The notes: generated by a model not told the origin, from the letters alone. 29,967 nucleotides of DNA from Myxococcales bacterium (GCA_038320275.1 JBBQEB010000028.1:1-29967), one strand, 5' to 3'. Positions 1-9,586 are shown, counted from the stretch's first letter. Numbers and translations: made by a program.

Positions 1-2
1 TC

Positions 3-851
3 GACAACCCGCACACCAAGGCCTTCCGGTTCAGGGAGTGGATGATCGGAGAGGCGAGCCGGAAGCGACCCGAGCTCGTCTTCCTCGCCGAGGCGTTCAC
101 CCGGCCGAAGGTGATGGCTCAGCTCGCGAAGGCGGGCTTCTCGCAGTCCTACACCTACTTCACCTGGCGCAACACGAAGTGGGAGCTCGAGACCTACCTG
201 CGGGAGCTCACCCGCTCTTCGGTGCGGGAGTACTTCCGCCCGAGCTTCTGGCCCAACACGCCCGACATCCTTCCGGAGCCGCTGCAGTACGGGGGCAGGC
301 CGGTGTTCCAGGCGAGGCTCGTGCTCGCCGCAACGCTGGCCGCGAGCTACGGGATCTACGGCCCGGTGTACGAGCTCCTGGAGGGCCGCGCACGCGCGCA
401 GGGCACGGAGGAATACCTCGACTCCGAGAAGTACGAGGTCCGGAACTGGGACCTCGCGCAGGACAGCCTGAAGGACTTCATCGCCCGGGTGAACCGCATC
501 CGGCGCGAGAACCCGGCCCTGCAGTCGAACGACACGCTCACGTTCCACCGCATCGAGAACGACCAGCTCATCGCCTACAGCAAGGCCACCGAGGACCACT
601 CCGACCTCGTCCTGGTGGTGGTGAACCTCGACCCGCATCACGTGCAGGCGGGGTTCGTCGAGCTGCCCCTCACGCTCCTCGGGCTCGAGCCGGGCGAGCC
701 GTACCAGGTGCACGACCTCCTGGGCGGGGGCCGCTACTTCTGGCAGGGCGAGCGCAACTACGTGGAGATCGACCCGCGCATGGCTCCGGCCCAGATCTTC
801 CGCATCCGGCGTCGCGTCCGCACCGAGCGCGACTTCGACTACTTCTTCTAG
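3..851 (+). CDS. glgE: Alpha-1,4-glucan:maltose-1-phosphate maltosyltransferase GlgE, C-terminal part (runs off the left edge)
   Basis: Frame open from position 3: DNPHTK (GH13_3 nucleophile region), FLAEAFT (acid/base Glu), [30 protein letters not shown]; stop TAG 849-851; adjacent to mak/glgB. Confidence 0.95.
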   Translation, partial: DNPHTKAFRFREWMIGEASRKRPELVFLAEAFTRPKVMAQLAKAGFSQSYTYFTWRNTKWELETYLRELTRSSVREYFRPSFWPNTPDILPEPLQYGGRPVFQARLVLAATLAASYGIYGPVYELLEGRARAQGTEEYLDSEKYEVRNWDLAQDSLKDFIARVNRIRRENPALQSNDTLTFHRIENDQLIAYSKATEDHSDLVLVVVNLDPHHVQAGFVELPLTLLGLEPGEPYQVHDLLGGGRYFWQGERNYVEIDPRMAPAQIFRIRRRVRTERDFDYFF

Positions 852-868
852 GCGAGGCGAAGGGAAGG

Positions 869-3800
869 ATGGCCAAGCGAAACCCTCCCGCGGGCGCGAA
901 GCCGGCGCGGGCGAAGACTTCACCGAAGGCGAAGCCCCGCCCCGCGGGCGCCGAGGCGCCGCGAGCGCCCGGACCGGGCCGGCTCAGCCCAGGCGACGCC
1001 CCGGCACTGCCAAGGCTCCGCACGGCGGGCGGGTGGCAGGAGGTCTTCTCCGGCGCGGGCAAGGCGGCGTTGGAGGCGGCGCTGCCCGCCTATCTCATGG
1101 GCCGCCGCTGGTTCGGGGGGAAGGCGCGCGACCTCGTCTCGGTCGAGATCCTGGACGCCGTCCCGGTGCCGACCACGGCGGGCGAGGCGCGCTTCCTGCT
1201 CTCGCGCGCCGTGTACCGCGAGGGCGAGGCGGAGCTGTACGCCCTTCCGGTGGCCTTCGCGACGGGGGCGCGCGCAGGCGAGCTGCGCCGATCGTCCCCG
1301 CAGGCGGAGCTTCCCGAGCTGCAGGCCGGCGCGGCCCTTGGGCTGCTCTACGCGGCGGACAAGGAGCCTGCCTTCGCCCGGGCGCTCCTCGAGGCGATGG
1401 ACGCCGGGAAGAGCTTCCCGGGCGCGGGCGGCAAGCTCGTCGCATGGTCCACCGCCGCGCTCCGCTCGAGGATCCAGGCGGTGCGGAGCGTCGATCCCGT
1501 GCCGATGGCCGCCGAGCAGAGCAACACGTCCATCCGGTTCGGCGAGAGCGTCATCCTGAAGCTGTTTCGCAAGACGGAGCCCGGATCGAACCCCGACCTC
1601 GAGGTGGGCGCGTTCCTCTCCGGCGAGGTGGGCTTCGCGCACACGCCCACCCTCCTCGGCGGCATCGAGTACCGGCCGCTCTCGGGCGAGCCGGTGGCGC
1701 TCGCCATCGCGCAGGACTTCGTCCGCAGCGAGGGGGACGCCTGGGCGTTCACCTTGCGTGAGCTCGAGCGCGCCCGGGCGAGCGGAGACGGAAGCGGGTA
1801 CGCGGCGGCGGCGGCGCTCCTCGGGCGGAGGACGGCGGAGCTGCACCTCGCGCTCGCCTCGCGCACGGCCCCGCCCGACTTCGAGCCCGAGCCCTTCGAC
1901 GGCCGCTCCGCCGGGGAGCTCCATCGCGGCGTGCGCGAGCTCGCCGAGCGGAACCTCGCGCTGCTCGAGCGCCGGCTCGCCCGGCTCCCCGAAGCCACGC
2001 GGGCGGTGGCCAGCGAGGTTCTCGCGAGGCGGAGCGAGATCCTCGCGCGCATCGACCGCATTCGCGACCGGCCGCTGACCGGGCTGCGAACGCGTACCCA
2101 CGGTGACTACCACCTCGGTCAGGTCCTGCGGACCGTGGATGATTTCGTCATCATCGACTTCGAGGGCGAGCCGGCGCGCCCGCTCGCGGAGCGGCGCGCA
2201 AAGCGCTCTCCGCTGCGCGACGTGGCCGGGATGATACGGAGCTTCCACTACGCCGCGAACGCGGGCCTCCTGAGCGGCGGCGCCTCACCCGACGCGGCGG
2301 CCGAGGCCTGGTCGGAGCGGTGGTATCGGGACACCGCGCGAGCCTTCCTCCAGGGCTATCTCGAGACCGCGCAGGGGTCCGCGTTCCTGCCCGGGGAGGA
2401 TGAGCGCGGCGAGCTGCTCGCGCTCTTCCTGCTGGAGAAGGCCGTCTACGAGCTGGCCTACGAGCTCAACAATCGCCCGGGGTGGGTGAAGCTTCCACTG
2501 CGGGGCATCCTCGAGCTGCTCGACGCGGGCGCAGCCGAGGCGGCGCCGGATGGCACAGGAACGGAGGACGCACGCATGGCTCCCACGAAGCCGACGAAGG
2601 CAGGCGCGCCGAAGCCCGAGGGGGAAGAGCGGGCTGTGCAGCGCACCGCCCCGCCGCCGCGCGACGGGGTGTCCCAGCAAACGGGTCCGACCGAGCTCGA
2701 CCTCCACCTCTGGAGCGAGGGCACCCATTACCGGGCCTACCGGTCGCTCGGCTCGCATCTCACCGAGGTGGACGGCCAGCCCGGCGTCTCCTTTGCGGTG
2801 TGGGCACCCAATGCCGCCACCGTCAGCGTCGTGGGCGACTTCAATGGCTGGAACCGGGGGAGCCATCCCCTGCGGCCGCTCGGCCCCTCGGGCGTCTGGC
2901 ACGGCTTCGTCCCGGGCGTCGGCAAGGGCACGACCTATAAGTACTTCATCGCCTCGAGGCTGGGTGGCTTCACGGTCGAGAAGGCCGACCCGTTCGCCGT
3001 GCGCCAGGAGACGCCCCCCCGCACCGGCTCGGTGGTGTGGGACCTCGACTACGCCTGGAACGACGCAGTTTGGATGCGGGACCGCGCGGGCAAGAACGGG
3101 CTGCGAAGCCCGATGAGCATCTATGAGGTGCACCTCGGCTCGTGGCGGCGGGTGCCGGAGGAGGGGAACCGCTCGCTGCGCTATCGCGAGATCGCGGCGC
3201 CGCTGGCCGACTACTGCGTGGACATGGGGTTCACCCACGTCGAGCTTCTGCCCATCACGGAGCACCCGTTCTACGGCTCGTGGGGCTACCAGACCACGGG
3301 CTACTTCGCTCCGACCAGCCGCTACGGCACGCCGCAGGACTTCGCCTACCTGGTGGACACCCTCCACCAGCGCGGCATCGGCGTCATCCTCGACTGGGTA
3401 CCGTCGCACTTCCCGACCGACGAGCACGGCCTCGCCTACTTCGACGGCACGCACCTCTTCGAGCACGCCGACCCGCGCCAGGGGATCCACAAGGACTGGG
3501 ACAGCTACATCTTCAACTACGGTCGGAACGAGGTGCGGAGCTTCCTGCTCTCCTCGGCGCTGTTCTGGCTCGACGCGTTCCACATCGACGGGCTGCGCGT
3601 GGATGCGGTCGCCTCGATGCTCTACCTCGACTACTCGCGCAAGGAGGGCGAGTGGGTGCCCAACGAGCACGGCGGGCGCGAGAACCTCGAGGCGGTGGCC
3701 TTCCTCCGCAAGATGAACGAGGTGGTCTACGCCGAGTATCCCGATGCGCAGACGATCGCGGAGGAGTCGACCTCCTGGCCCATGGTCTCCCGGCCCAACT

Positions 3801-4570
3801 ACCTCGGCGGTCTCGGCTTCGGAATGAAGTGGGACATGGGCTGGATGCACGACACCCTGCGGTACTTCGCCGGCGACCCCGTGTTCCGGCGCTACCACCA
3901 CCACGAGCTCACCTTCCGCATGATGTACGCCTTCACCGAGAACTTCGTGCTGTCGCTCTCGCACGACGAGGTCGTGCACGGAAAGGGCTCGTTGCTGGGC
4001 AAGATGTGGGGCGACGAGCGGCAGAAGCTCGCCGGGCTCCGGCTGCTCTACGCGGACATGTGGGGGCAGCCCGGCAAGAAGCTCCTCTTCATGGGATGTG
4101 AGCTCGGGCAAGGGCAGGAGTGGAGCCACGAGCGCAGCCTCGACTGGCACCTGCTCGGCAGCCCCGGCCACGAGGGCCTGCGGAGCTGGGTCCGCGATCT
4201 CAACCGGCTCATGTGCTCCGAGCCGGCGCTGCACGCGCGCGATTTCGACGGCGGCGGATTCGAGTGGGTGGACGCCAACGACGCGGAGACGAGCGTCCTC
4301 ACCTGGCTGCGCCGGGCGGGCGCGGAGGGCCCCGACATCCTCGTCGTCCTCAACCTCACGCCGGTCCCGCGCATGAACTACCGGGTGGGCGTGCCGAGCG
4401 GCGGCTACTGGCGCGAGGTGCTCAACAGCGACGCGCCGGAGTACGGCGGGCAGGGGTGGGGCAACTTCGGCGGGCAGGAGGCGGCGCCGGTCTCCGTGCA
4501 CGGCAGGCGCTTCTCCCTCGTGCTGACGGTTCCGCCGCTGGGGGCGCTCTTCCTCAGGGCGGACGCCTGA
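869..4570 (+). CDS. glgB: Maltokinase (Mak/Pep2)-1,4-alpha-glucan branching enzyme (GlgB) in-frame fusion, about 1233 aa
   Basis: ATG 869 follows a purine-rich AAGGGAAGG. N-half has [51 protein letters not shown] (maltokinase). C-half has [58 protein letters not shown] (GH13_9 GlgB). No stop between the halves. Confidence 0.92.
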   Translation: MAKRNPPAGAKPARAKTSPKAKPRPAGAEAPRAPGPGRLSPGDAPALPRLRTAGGWQEVFSGAGKAALEAALPAYLMGRRWFGGKARDLVSVEILDAVPVPTTAGEARFLLSRAVYREGEAELYALPVAFATGARAGELRRSSPQAELPELQAGAALGLLYAADKEPAFARALLEAMDAGKSFPGAGGKLVAWSTAALRSRIQAVRSVDPVPMAAEQSNTSIRFGESVILKLFRKTEPGSNPDLEVGAFLSGEVGFAHTPTLLGGIEYRPLSGEPVALAIAQDFVRSEGDAWAFTLRELERARASGDGSGYAAAAALLGRRTAELHLALASRTAPPDFEPEPFDGRSAGELHRGVRELAERNLALLERRLARLPEATRAVASEVLARRSEILARIDRIRDRPLTGLRTRTHGDYHLGQVLRTVDDFVIIDFEGEPARPLAERRAKRSPLRDVAGMIRSFHYAANAGLLSGGASPDAAAEAWSERWYRDTARAFLQGYLETAQGSAFLPGEDERGELLALFLLEKAVYELAYELNNRPGWVKLPLRGILELLDAGAAEAAPDGTGTEDARMAPTKPTKAGAPKPEGEERAVQRTAPPPRDGVSQQTGPTELDLHLWSEGTHYRAYRSLGSHLTEVDGQPGVSFAVWAPNAATVSVVGDFNGWNRGSHPLRPLGPSGVWHGFVPGVGKGTTYKYFIASRLGGFTVEKADPFAVRQETPPRTGSVVWDLDYAWNDAVWMRDRAGKNGLRSPMSIYEVHLGSWRRVPEEGNRSLRYREIAAPLADYCVDMGFTHVELLPITEHPFYGSWGYQTTGYFAPTSRYGTPQDFAYLVDTLHQRGIGVILDWVPSHFPTDEHGLAYFDGTHLFEHADPRQGIHKDWDSYIFNYGRNEVRSFLLSSALFWLDAFHIDGLRVDAVASMLYLDYSRKEGEWVPNEHGGRENLEAVAFLRKMNEVVYAEYPDAQTIAEESTSWPMVSRPNYLGGLGFGMKWDMGWMHDTLRYFAGDPVFRRYHHHELTFRMMYAFTENFVLSLSHDEVVHGKGSLLGKMWGDERQKLAGLRLLYADMWGQPGKKLLFMGCELGQGQEWSHERSLDWHLLGSPGHEGLRSWVRDLNRLMCSEPALHARDFDGGGFEWVDANDAETSVLTWLRRAGAEGPDILVVLNLTPVPRMNYRVGVPSGGYWREVLNSDAPEYGGQGWGNFGGQEAAPVSVHGRRFSLVLTVPPLGALFLRADA

Positions 4571-4586
4571 CCCCCGAGACGCGCGG

Positions 4587-5774
4587 TCACCGCGCCAGGG
4601 CCGGCGGCGGCACCGCCCGGCCGGGCCCCAGCCTCTTCAGCACGTCGGCGGGGATCTCTCCCGCCGAGGCGACGCCATTCACGACGTACGTGGGCGTGGC
4701 CCGCACGCCGGCCGCGATCCCGGCCTGCACGTCGGCCGCGAGCCGCCGCGTGGTCTGCGGCGCGTCCAGGCAGTCGCGGAACGACGGGATGTCGAGCCCG
4801 ATGCGCTCGGCCAGCACCGGCACCGGCACGTCCGCCTTCTGGTTGCGGAAGAGGGCGTCGTCCATCGCGTCGAACTTGCCTTGCGCCTCGGCGCAGATGC
4901 CCGCCCGGGCGAGCCCGCAGGCCATGGGATGGACGACCTTCTTCAGTGCCGGGTTGCACGCGGGGTCGAGCGGGAAGTGGCGCCGAACCACCGTGAGCTC
5001 GGGATGCGTCGACCGGAGGGTGCGCAGGTCCTCGTGGGCGCGGGCGCAGAACGGACACTCGTAGTCGCTGTACTCGACCACGGTCACCGGGCCGGAGAGC
5101 TGCGCGCCCCCGTCCGCAGGCGCACGGGCCGGGGCTGCCTTGGCGCGGGCCCAGTACGCGGGATAGGCGAGCCCCACCACGGTGACGAGGGCGATCCCGG
5201 CTGCGATCGCGCCAGCGGTCCGTCCAGGGCGAGCGCGCGCGAGCGCCAGGTCGGCTCGCAGCGCTGCGGCGGCGCCCTGCGGGCGGCAGGCGCGCAGGGC
5301 CGCGACCAGCAGCGCTGCGGAGAGCGCCCAGGAGGCCATGCAGAGGAGGCACCACGCTCCGATGAGCACCTTGCTCACCACCGCCAGCGCGATCGAGGCG
5401 GCGACCGCGACGGCGGCCACACCGAAGAGCAGCCCGGCCGGAAAGGACGTCCTGGGCCGCTTCCGCGCGAGCCCCCAGCCCGCCAGGGCGGCCGCGAGCG
5501 CGTAGCCCGCCGCGCCCCAGACCGCGACCGGAATTCCCAGCACGACGGAGTAGCGGCTCGTCGCCACCTTGTCGCAGTTCACGGTCTCGCTGATGGAGCA
5601 GAAGCTCGTCTCGCCCGCGTGGGCGCGGACGTGGAGCCGGGCGAGGACCAGCGCCACCGCGAGCCCGCAGAGCGCGATGAGGAGCGCGGCGACGAGCGCG
5701 GGACGCGCCGGCGGAGAAGGCGGGGCTGCGCCGGCGTTCCTGGAAGCGCGTCGGGGGGCTACTCGATGGGACAG
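4587..5774 (-). CDS. Vitamin K epoxide reductase (VKOR)-DsbA/thioredoxin fusion; start uncertain (ORF-track GTG 5657, candidate CTG 5774)
   Basis: VKOR loop Cys pair C-SISETVN-C then S-x-YS and CLLC; C-terminal domain VVEYSDYECPFC ... GVRATPT (cis-Pro loop). The hydrophobic TM1 continues in frame upstream of 5657. Confidence 0.88.
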   Translation of the reverse strand: MSHRVAPRRASRNAGAAPPSPPARPALVAALLIALCGLAVALVLARLHVRAHAGETSFCSISETVNCDKVATSRYSVVLGIPVAVWGAAGYALAAALAGWGLARKRPRTSFPAGLLFGVAAVAVAASIALAVVSKVLIGAWCLLCMASWALSAALLVAALRACRPQGAAAALRADLALARARPGRTAGAIAAGIALVTVVGLAYPAYWARAKAAPARAPADGGAQLSGPVTVVEYSDYECPFCARAHEDLRTLRSTHPELTVVRRHFPLDPACNPALKKVVHPMACGLARAGICAEAQGKFDAMDDALFRNQKADVPVPVLAERIGLDIPSFRDCLDAPQTTRRLAADVQAGIAAGVRATPTYVVNGVASAGEIPADVLKRLGPGRAVPPPALAR

Positions 5775-6052
5775 GGCTTGACCTCCTCGCAGGGGGCAGC
5801 CTTCGCGGCGGCGGCGCCGGCGCCCGCCGCCGGAGCCGCGCCGCCGTCGAGCTTCGCGGATGCGGACCTCTTCGCGCCCCCGCCCGCGCGCTCCTTCCTG
5901 GGCGTGGGGCCCGCTCGAGCTCCGGCCGCGTGGGCCGACGGCGCGCGGGCGCCTCCGTCTGCCGCCTCGCGGGTTCCGGCGTCATCCCCTGCGCGCGCCG
6001 CCGCCGAGACGAGGAGCAGCACCCCCGAGATCCCTGCCAAGAGCTTTGTCAT
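5759..6052 (-). CDS. Small exported Ala/Gly-rich hypothetical protein with C-terminal C-x5-C (97 aa)
   Basis: ATG 6052 preceded by GAGGAGGGG; signal peptide MTKLLAGISGVLLLVSAAARA; ends PCEEVKPCPIE; abuts VKOR-DsbA. Confidence 0.7.
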   Translation of the reverse strand: MTKLLAGISGVLLLVSAAARAGDDAGTREAADGGARAPSAHAAGARAGPTPRKERAGGGAKRSASAKLDGGAAPAAGAGAAAAKAAPCEEVKPCPIE

Positions 6053-6354
6053 GCGTTCGTCCCCTCCTCGATTGCGGCCCGGGCGAGTGGCCCGGCCGAG
6101 CGCGCCTCTCATACCATCGCGGTCCGTACTTGCCGGATCTTGGGCGCGTCAAACGACGGAACTATGGTGAGCACACCTCCTTGAAGGGCCGGATGGAGTT
6201 GTGCAAGGGGTCCCAGATGGGGCGGACGACTCCAACCCACCTGTGTGCTCCGCGATGACATGAGACACTCCAAACGGTCATAGCCCCTGAGGGTTCCCAA
6301 GGGTTCGCACGACGGGTCGCCCGCAGGGACCCTGACCTGGCGAGCCCTGGGGAG

Positions 6355-6383
6355 GTGGCAACCAGCAGGGGCGTTACTAGAGT
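6355..6383 (+). promoter_or_regulatory. Candidate sigma-70 promoter for luxR-sodC
   Basis: GTGGCA (6355-6360), 17 nt, TAGAGT (6378-6383), about 95 nt upstream of ATG 6480. Confidence 0.35.
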
Positions 6384-6479
6384 CGTGAGCAGCCGCCAGC
6401 GGACCCGACAGGGAAGCAGGGGTCCGCCCACACCGCCGCACGAAGGACCCGGTCCCCCTCCCGGAACAAAGGACGACCC

Positions 6480-6815
6480 ATGCCCCAGATCGATATCGAG
6501 ATCCTCTCTCCGTTCGCAGCCAAGTTCCTCGAAGGCACCGCCCTCACGCCCGCCGAGCGCGCCGAGGTGCTCCGCATGGCGCAGGGGTTCGCCTGCAAGG
6601 ACTCCGCAGCCGCCGCCGGCATCTCACCCGAGACCATCCGCGCCCGCCGCAAGCGCATCTACCGCAAGCTCGACGTGGCCGGCTCGGGCGAGCTCATCTC
6701 CGCGCTCCTGGCGCTCTCCCTCAAGATGCTCGCCAGCGGCGAGGCCATCCAGTCGCGCGTGGTCGCTCCCGTCCTGGAAGCGCCCCTGGCTCAGCCTGCC
6801 GTCGCGGTGCTGTAG
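6480..6815 (+). CDS. Standalone LuxR/GerE-type helix-turn-helix regulator (no receiver domain)
   Basis: LTPAERAEVLRMAQG...GISPETIRARRKRIYRKLDV fits the LuxR HTH pattern (LT.RE...G....IA..L.IS..TV..H..NIY.KL.V); AAAGGA SD before ATG 6480. Confidence 0.82.
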   Translation: MPQIDIEILSPFAAKFLEGTALTPAERAEVLRMAQGFACKDSAAAAGISPETIRARRKRIYRKLDVAGSGELISALLALSLKMLASGEAIQSRVVAPVLEAPLAQPAVAVL

Positions 6816-6818
6816 CTC

Positions 6819-7334
6819 ATGAAGAACGCTCTCCTTGCGCTGCTCGCCCTGGTGCCGCTCGCCGGCCGAGCCGCCCCAGCCGCCCCAACCGCGCGGGCCA
6901 CGATCCAGAATGCACAGGGCGCGGACGTCGGGACCGCCACCTTCCGCGAGGTGCCCGGCGGCATCGAGGTGAAGCTCGACGCCAAGGGCCTGCCGCCTGG
7001 CAAGCACGGCATGCATCTGCACGCGGTGGGCAAGTGCGAGGCGCCGGACTTCAAGACGGCCGGCGGGCACTTCAACCCGGGCGGCAAGAAGCACGGCACC
7101 GGCAGCGCGGATGGGCCCCACTCCGGGGACCTGCCCAACCTCACCGTGGGCCCCGATGGAAAGGGCACCGCCACCGGCGTCCTCCGCAATGCGACGTTCG
7201 GCGAGGGCGCCACCTCCATCCTCGCCGGCGCGGGTACCGCCGTCGTGATCCACGCCGACGCCGACGACGACAAGACCGACCCTGCTGGCAACTCGGGCGC
7301 CCGCGTCGCCTGCGGCGTCGTGAAAAAAGGCTGA
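6819..7334 (+). CDS. sodC: Periplasmic Cu/Zn superoxide dismutase
   Basis: Signal peptide; HGMHLH, GKC, AGGHFNP, KHG, PHSGDLPN, VVIHA, GNSGARVACG. Expected Cu/Zn ligands, catalytic Arg and the disulfide Cys pair are present. Confidence 0.95.
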   Translation: MKNALLALLALVPLAGRAAPAAPTARATIQNAQGADVGTATFREVPGGIEVKLDAKGLPPGKHGMHLHAVGKCEAPDFKTAGGHFNPGGKKHGTGSADGPHSGDLPNLTVGPDGKGTATGVLRNATFGEGATSILAGAGTAVVIHADADDDKTDPAGNSGARVACGVVKKG

Positions 7335-7352
7335 CCCCGCGCCGCGCGGCAG

Positions 7353-7389
7353 CATGGAAAAGCTCCCCGCACCGGGGAGCTTTTTCATG
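7353..7389. terminator. Intrinsic terminator hairpin after sodC (potentially bidirectional)
   Basis: AAAAGCTCCCCG (7358-7369)-CAC-CGGGGAGCTTTT (7373-7384): perfect 12-bp inverted repeat with A-tract and T-tract ends. Confidence 0.85.
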
Positions 7390-7404
7390 TCGACCTCGGG
7401 AGCA

Positions 7405-7433
7405 TTGCGGCGCCCGGTGGGCGCGTGTAGCTT
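7405..7433 (+). promoter_or_regulatory. Candidate sigma-70 promoter for crcB-helicase, near-leaderless
   Basis: TTGCGG (7405-7410), 17 nt, TAGCTT (7428-7433); GTG start 10 nt later with no SD. Confidence 0.55.
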
Positions 7434-7443
7434 CGCGGCCTTC

Positions 7444-7824
7444 GTGAACCGCTTCCTCCTCATCTGCTTCGGCGGCGCGCTGGGAACGGGGGCGCGGTTT
7501 CTCGTCACCACCTGGGCGGTGCAGCGCGCCGGCACCGGCTTTCCAGCCGGCACGGTCCTCGTCAACGTGACGGGCTCCTTCCTGCTCGCGCTGGTCATGG
7601 AGCTCGCGCTCGCCGGCCGCGTCGGCCCCGAGCTGCGGCTCTTTCTCGGCGTCGGTGTCATGGGTGGTTACACGACCTACTCCTCCTTCAATTTCGAGAC
7701 GCTCCGCCTGTCCGGCGAGAGCTTCGGCCTGGCCGTGCTGAACGTGGCGGTCACGCTCGTCGGTTGCCTCGCGGCTGGCGCCCTGGGCGCCGCTTCCGGG
7801 CGCCTCATGGTGCGCCCGCGGTGA
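7444..7824 (+). CDS. crcB: Fluoride efflux channel FluC/CrcB
   Basis: From GTG 7444: GGALGTGAR, FPAGTVLVNVTGSFLL, GVMGGYTTYSSF (Fluc signature), four hydrophobic segments, 126 aa. Confidence 0.93.
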   Translation: MNRFLLICFGGALGTGARFLVTTWAVQRAGTGFPAGTVLVNVTGSFLLALVMELALAGRVGPELRLFLGVGVMGGYTTYSSFNFETLRLSGESFGLAVLNVAVTLVGCLAAGALGAASGRLMVRPR

Positions 7825-9452
7825 AATCTCCCTCGAGCTTCGACGACCTGCCCATCGCCCCCGCGCTCGCTCGCGCGCTCGCGGCCCATGGCTACCTGGA
7901 GCCCACGCCGGTGCAGGCCGCCGTGCTCGCCTCCGAGCTGACAGGCCGCGACCTGCTCGTCTCGGCCCGCACCGGCTCCGGAAAGACGGTCGCGTTCGGG
8001 CTGCTCCTCGCCGACGCGCTCCTGGGCGGGAAGGCGGTGCTGGGCCGGGCTGGCGTGCCGCTCGGCCTCGTGGTCGCTCCCACCCGCGAGCTCGCGGTAC
8101 AGGTGGAGCGCGAGCTGACGTGGCTCTTCGCGGAGGCGAAGGGGAAGGTCGCGTCCTGCGTGGGCGGCATGGATCCGCGGCGGGAGTCGCGCGCGCTGCG
8201 CGAGGGGGCGCACCTCGTCGTGGGCACGCCGGGGCGCCTGCGCGACCACCTCGACCGCGGCGCGCTCGATCTCTCGGGGCTCACCTGCCTCGTGCTGGAC
8301 GAGGCGGACGAGATGCTCGACATGGGCTTCCGCGAGGAGCTCGAGGCGCTGCTCGGCGCCGCCTCGGCGGAGCGCCGGACGCTCCTCTTCTCGGCCACGC
8401 TGCCGCGGCCCATCGTGGAGCTGGCCCGCCGCTACACGCGCGAGCCGGCCCGCATCGCGGCCACGCCCTCCGAGGAGGCGCACGCCGACATCGCCTACCG
8501 CGCCCACCTCGTCGCGGCGCGCGAGCGCGACCACGCCCTCGTGAACGTGCTGCGCGCCTCGGACGCGCCGAGCGCGCTCGTCTTCCGCGGGACGCGCGAG
8601 GCGGTCCACCACACCGCCGCCAGCCTCGGCGAGCGCGGGTTCGAGGCGGTGGCGCTCTCCGGCGAGCTCACCCAGGCCGAGCGCACCCGCGCCTTGAAGT
8701 CGCTGCGCGACGGGCGCGCGCGCGTGCTCGTGGCGACCGACGTCGCAGCGCGCGGCCTCGACCTGCCCAGCATCGCCCTCGTGCTGCACGCGGATCTACC
8801 GCGCGATGCCCAGGCGCTGCAGCACCGCAGCGGGCGGACCGGCCGCGCGGGCAAGAAGGGCGTCGCGGTGCTGCTGGCGACGCCGCAGGAACGGCACAAG
8901 CTCGAGCGGATGCTGGCAGACGCCGGGACCGTGGCGGCCTGGTCGCCGGTGCCCACCTCGGAAGAGATCCGCACCGCCGACGAGGACCGGCTGGCCGCGT
9001 TCGTTTCCTCGCTGGAGGCCGAGGTCACGGACGAGGAGCGCACCGCCGCCCGCCGGCTGCTCGCGAGCTCGCCGGCGGAATGGGTGGCGGCGGCGCTCGT
9101 CCGGCGCGACCGCTCGGCGCTGCCCGCGCCGGAGGAGCTGCCCGACACCGCTCGGGCCGTCCTCGCGGCTCCCGTCTCGCGGACCGCCCGCGCCCCCCGA
9201 GGCGGCCCTCCGAAGGACGCGGTCTGGTTCCGCGTCTCCATCGGCCGCGACAAGAAGGCCGACCCCAAGTGGCTCCTCCCGCTGCTGTGCCGGCGCGGCG
9301 AAGTGACCCGGGACGACGTGGGCAAGATCACCATCCTGGCCTCGGAGACGCGCTTCGAGATCGCCCGGGCGGCCGCCCCTCGCTTCTCCGCGGCGGCCCG
9401 CAAACCCGACCCGCGGATGCCGGGCGCCCGCATCGAGCGGCTGAAGACCTGA
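7821..9452 (+). CDS. DEAD-box ATP-dependent RNA helicase with C-terminal DbpA-type RNA-binding domain (DeaD/CsdA-like)
   Basis: Q motif PTPVQ, ARTGSGKT, PTRELA, GTPGR, DEAD, SAT, ARGLD, HRSGRTGRAG; C-terminal WFRVSIGR...DVGKITI; GTGA overlap with the crcB stop. Confidence 0.93.
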   Translation: MKSPSSFDDLPIAPALARALAAHGYLEPTPVQAAVLASELTGRDLLVSARTGSGKTVAFGLLLADALLGGKAVLGRAGVPLGLVVAPTRELAVQVERELTWLFAEAKGKVASCVGGMDPRRESRALREGAHLVVGTPGRLRDHLDRGALDLSGLTCLVLDEADEMLDMGFREELEALLGAASAERRTLLFSATLPRPIVELARRYTREPARIAATPSEEAHADIAYRAHLVAARERDHALVNVLRASDAPSALVFRGTREAVHHTAASLGERGFEAVALSGELTQAERTRALKSLRDGRARVLVATDVAARGLDLPSIALVLHADLPRDAQALQHRSGRTGRAGKKGVAVLLATPQERHKLERMLADAGTVAAWSPVPTSEEIRTADEDRLAAFVSSLEAEVTDEERTAARRLLASSPAEWVAAALVRRDRSALPAPEELPDTARAVLAAPVSRTARAPRGGPPKDAVWFRVSIGRDKKADPKWLLPLLCRRGEVTRDDVGKITILASETRFEIARAAAPRFSAAARKPDPRMPGARIERLKT

Positions 9453-9586
9453 CCCGGTGGAGCCTCGGGTGGTCGACGGACGGGGCCCGTGAACTGGCGT
9501 ACACCGCCTGCTGCAACATCACTCCACCGCGACCGCGCGCGCGCCCTCCCTGTACGGGACCGGTCCAGGCGCGCCGTCGCGAGGGG

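Noticed and set aside
38..868. N-terminal 277 aa of the 1510-aa ORF in the track
   Set aside because: Off-frame overlap with glgE giving Arg/Pro/Gly-rich shadow sequence; the plausible start is ATG 869.
6283..6427. SRP (4.5S) RNA, 6S RNA or c-di-GMP riboswitch identity for the structured region
   Set aside because: CCAGGTCAGG (minus strand) and GGAAGCAG (plus strand) are on opposite strands and do not form the SRP domain IV motif; no GEMM consensus and no evident 6S central bubble. Kept only as an unassigned structure.
7335..7443. Fluoride riboswitch upstream of crcB, and the ORF start at ATG 7354
   Set aside because: No GGCGATGG...TGA-type aptamer core; the region is explained by a terminator plus promoter, and ATG 7354 lies within the terminator hairpin.
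9453..9586. Possible sRNA between the helicase and the 101-aa gene
   Set aside because: Only an imperfect GC-rich inverted repeat between convergent genes, consistent with a terminator or chance pairing.
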